DNA from: an uncultured Gemmatimonadota bacterium
GTDB lineage: Bacteria > SM23-81
Length of the DNA: 9,672 nucleotides
NCBI GenBank assembly: GCA_964584035.1
Contig: CAZOYL010000101.1
Coordinates: forward strand, 1-9,672
Direction of reading: 5' to 3'
Below, one piece after another: positions 7,216 through 9,672 of this stretch (its first letter is position 1; every line of letters begins with the position of its first letter). The position numbers and the translations under genes are program-made. The notes under the pieces were generated by a model. That model saw nothing but the letters and a program-made list of their open reading frames with translations, was not told the origin of the DNA and searched no databases.

Positions 7216-7244
7216 TTGACAAGGATGAATTTTTATATTACTCT
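7216..7244 (+). promoter_or_regulatory. Sigma70-type promoter for the carbohydrate-binding protein / ABC operon
   Basis: TTGACA at 7216-7221, 17-nt spacer, TACTCT at 7239-7244, in an AT-rich context. Confidence 0.6.
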
Positions 7245-7334
7245 ACTCTGTTATTGTTTCTGCAAATTCTGATGCGCCCAAAAGGGCGGCTTAAAATCCG
7301 TGACGACCTTTCTACCCAAAGGAGGGATGTCGAG

Positions 7335-9338
7335 GTGAAAACGATCCTTTTTTCACTGGCTCTGACGATCCTTGTGGCTCTGACGTGGTCCTCTCTGGTC
7401 GGCGCCGAGGGATTCGGTACGCCCGCCATGGACGGTATCCCCGATGGGGTCTATGGAACGCCCGAAGCTTCTGATCCAGCCGGGGACGGCGCCGGTAATG
7501 CCAACATGGATCTTCTCGAACTGTACGTGTGCAACGATGCTTCCTACTGGTATTTCTGTTTCACCATCAACGATGACATCAATGCCACGAACTGGGGTAA
7601 GTATTTGCTCCATATAGATATAGACGGTGTCAGCGGCTCCGGATCAACTGCCCCATCCTGGGCTCGATCGGTCACCTTCACCGACCCGCATCTGCCGGAA
7701 TACGGCCTCAACAGCTGGGTGGATAATCCGCCCTATGACCCCAGCCACACTCAGTTTTTTCATTACAATGGCAGCTGGTCCCAGTCCGGACAGGCGGATG
7801 CCGCCGTCCTCAACGCCGGCACGCCCTCCGGAATCGAGTGGAAGATCGAGAAGACCCGCATCGGCGATCCCGACTCGCTGTGGTGCGAGGTATTCAGCAC
7901 CGGCGGGGGCGACAGCGATAACGCACGAGACACCGCCAACGACCCGGCCGACGACTGGAACGGCACCGCGGGCGACTGGTCCACTCCGGCCACTCTGGCC
8001 CTGTCCACCCTGGTTCACTCCGTCAGCGGATCGGACGTCACCGCTCCGCAGGCGGTCAGCGCCGTGGCCACCGATTATACTCAGGTGAAGGTGATCTTCA
8101 ACGAGGCCATGAACGAGGCCTCGGCCACCAACGCCTCGAACTATACCATCCCCGGCCTCTCGGTGACGGCCGTCGACAAACTGGCCGCCGACAGCTACAG
8201 TCTGACCACCGACGCTCAGACCTACGGGACCCAATATACGGTGACGGTCGCCGCGGCGGTACAGGATCTGGCCGGCAATCCCATGGACCCGGCTCACGAT
8301 GAGGTCACCTTCTCCGGCTTCGGCGTGGCCCAGGTGACCTTCCTGGTGGACGACACCGGGGACATCAACTACGCGGCCGGCTTCAAGTTCAAGGGCAGCT
8401 GGGACACCAATCCGTATCACGCCTACGATCCCGGCTGGGGCCTGGGCCAGCTCTACGACTTGTACGACGACGGCACCCACGGCGACGCCGCGGCCGGAGA
8501 CCACATCTGGACCGCGATCCTGGACCTGGTGCCGGACGGCGGAACCAACAGCTGGCAGTGGGGCGTCACCCAGCCCTCCGGCGACTGGATCGACGGCAAC
8601 TGGACCTTCTCGGTGACCGACACCACCGACTTCGAGCTGACCTATGAAACCCCGGCGATGACCGAACAGGATGTGGCCGTGGTCTTCTCGGTGGATATGA
8701 GCGGTGAAACGGTGGCCATGCCCCTGATCATCTGCGGCAATACCGCTCCGTTGACCTGGACCTGGTCGCCGGACAATCCGGACACGCTCAACGATGAAGG
8801 ACTCAACGGAGACGCGGCGGCCGGCGACGACATCTGGAGCCTGACCATCACCTTTCCCACCGGGACACAGAAACGGGTGGAATACAAGTACGGCAACGGC
8901 GGGGCGGACAACGACCTGGGTTACGGCGTCAACCGCATCTTCTTCATCGACGACGTCAGCTATTCGGTCGGCAATCCCCAGGTCCTGCCGACCGACACCT
9001 TCGGGGTCCTCACCGGCGTGGAGGAATGGGACCGGACGGACGGCGCCCTGCCGGCAGGATTCTCGCTGCTGCCCAACTACCCCAACCCATTCAATCCGGA
9101 GACCGTCATCGCCTATCGCATCGGCCTGGACCGGACGGCCCCGGTGAGCTTGAAAGTATATAACCTACTGGGACAGCAGGTCCGCACCCTGTCCGAGGGC
9201 ATTCAGGCGGCCGGCGAATACCGGCTGGTCTGGGATGGCCGCGATGATGCCGGCCGGGATCTGTCCAGCGGGATCTATTTTGCGCGGCTGCAGGTGGGCG
9301 CGGCCGGGCAGTCCAGAAAACTGGTGCTGGTGAAATAA
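7335..9338 (+). CDS. Secreted multi-module protein (667 aa): DOMON/glucodextranase-like domain, Ig-like domain, two CBM20-like modules with 'choice-of-anchor X'-type Asp-rich loops, FlgD-Ig/T9SS-type-A-like CTD
   Basis: GTG at 7335 follows SD GGAGG (7321-7325) and gives signal peptide MKTILFSLALTILVALTWSSLVGA. Motifs: DPAGD...DLLELYV.ND..YWYF; DVTAPQ...FNEAM...VQDLAGN; LYDDGTHGDAAAGDHIW and LNDEGLNGDAAAGDDIW; VEYKY; NYPNPFNP...SSGIYFARL..RKLVLVK. Confidence 0.85.
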   Translation: MKTILFSLALTILVALTWSSLVGAEGFGTPAMDGIPDGVYGTPEASDPAGDGAGNANMDLLELYVCNDASYWYFCFTINDDINATNWGKYLLHIDIDGVSGSGSTAPSWARSVTFTDPHLPEYGLNSWVDNPPYDPSHTQFFHYNGSWSQSGQADAAVLNAGTPSGIEWKIEKTRIGDPDSLWCEVFSTGGGDSDNARDTANDPADDWNGTAGDWSTPATLALSTLVHSVSGSDVTAPQAVSAVATDYTQVKVIFNEAMNEASATNASNYTIPGLSVTAVDKLAADSYSLTTDAQTYGTQYTVTVAAAVQDLAGNPMDPAHDEVTFSGFGVAQVTFLVDDTGDINYAAGFKFKGSWDTNPYHAYDPGWGLGQLYDLYDDGTHGDAAAGDHIWTAILDLVPDGGTNSWQWGVTQPSGDWIDGNWTFSVTDTTDFELTYETPAMTEQDVAVVFSVDMSGETVAMPLIICGNTAPLTWTWSPDNPDTLNDEGLNGDAAAGDDIWSLTITFPTGTQKRVEYKYGNGGADNDLGYGVNRIFFIDDVSYSVGNPQVLPTDTFGVLTGVEEWDRTDGALPAGFSLLPNYPNPFNPETVIAYRIGLDRTAPVSLKVYNLLGQQVRTLSEGIQAAGEYRLVWDGRDDAGRDLSSGIYFARLQVGAAGQSRKLVLVK

Positions 9339-9366
9339 AGTTCCGGGATTCAGGATCTCAGGAACT
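9339..9366 (+). other. Intercistronic stem-loop without a U tract
   Basis: AGTTCC-GGGAT / loop TCAGG / ATCTC-A-GGAACT: 11 bp with one G-U pair and one bulge, starting right after the TAA stop. Confidence 0.5.
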
Positions 9367-9394
9367 GAGGGGCTCGGATGAGAGACGGGGAATC

Positions 9395-9672
9395 ATGACC
9401 ATCAAACTCCGGGAAAACCTGGTCGCGTACTGCTTTCTGGCTCCCTTTCTGGCCGTCTTCCTGGCCTTCCTGTTCTATCCCATCTTCTACTCGCTCTATC
9501 TCAGCTTTCACCGAGTGACCGACCTGTACGATGTGTTCGGCGCCATGAAGTTCGTCGGGCTGGACAACTTCGGCCAGCTGATCCACGACGGTCAGTTCTG
9601 GTGGTCCCTGCTGATGACCCTGTACTACGCCTCGCTGATCATCCCCCTGGGCATCATCACCTCCCTGTTCCT
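9395..9672 (+). CDS. Carbohydrate ABC transporter permease (MalF/UgpA-like), 3'-truncated; absent from the ORF track
   Basis: My translation: MTIKLRENLVAYCFLAPFLAVFLAFLFYPIFYSLYLSF...KFVGLDNFGQLIHDGQFWWSLLMTLYY. The FLAP, YP..YS.YLSF and FVGLDNF motifs are typical of CUT1 permeases. GGGGA lies upstream of the ATG. Confidence 0.92.
   Translation, partial: MTIKLRENLVAYCFLAPFLAVFLAFLFYPIFYSLYLSFHRVTDLYDVFGAMKFVGLDNFGQLIHDGQFWWSLLMTLYYASLIIPLGIITSLF

Noticed and set aside
7269..7295. Hammerhead ribozyme-like CTGATG-stem
   Set aside because: The core needs CUGAUGA...GAAA. Here it reads CTGATGC...GGCT, and stems I and III are absent.
7254..7334. TTG 7254 start for the large secreted protein
   Set aside because: It lies at about the predicted transcription start with no SD. 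GTG 7335 has GGAGG and yields a clean signal peptide.
1668..8504. Long minus-strand ORFs (1668-2717, 3806-4414, 5170-6147, 7644-8504) and alternate-frame ORFs such as 52-612, 1031-1477 and 4012-4614
   Set aside because: They are shadows of well-supported + strand genes or tRNAs in GC-rich DNA and carry no recognisable motifs.
5101..9349. GTTCCGGGAT 10-mer downstream of two genes (5101-5110 and 9340-9349)
   Set aside because: Too short, the flanks do not align, and it is expected by chance in GC-rich DNA.

Overview
GC-rich bacterial window with all supported genes on the + strand. The two secreted proteins ending in a YPNPFN-type FlgD-Ig/T9SS-type-A-like C-terminal domain and the DUF3098 gene suggest an FCB-superphylum relative (inference). 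Gene order: partial membrane protein; DUF3098; tRNA-Val(TAC) and tRNA-Asp(GTC); a secreted beta-helix / Ig-like / CTD protein; DUF4416; SPL-like radical SAM; small Zn-ribbon protein; CdaR/YbbR; tsaD; a large secreted carbohydrate-binding-module protein; start of a sugar ABC permease. Main finding: the ORF track splits one gene (1323-2687) at an in-frame TGA (1857-1859). This TGA completes a C-P-T-U (CxxU) motif, is followed at once by a bacterial SECIS-like hairpin, and is followed by 57 stop-free codons of family-typical sequence. It is a candidate secreted beta-helix selenoprotein of a type I do not recognise among described selenoprotein families. A colinear relic of a second CTD-coding tail lies just past that gene's terminator.
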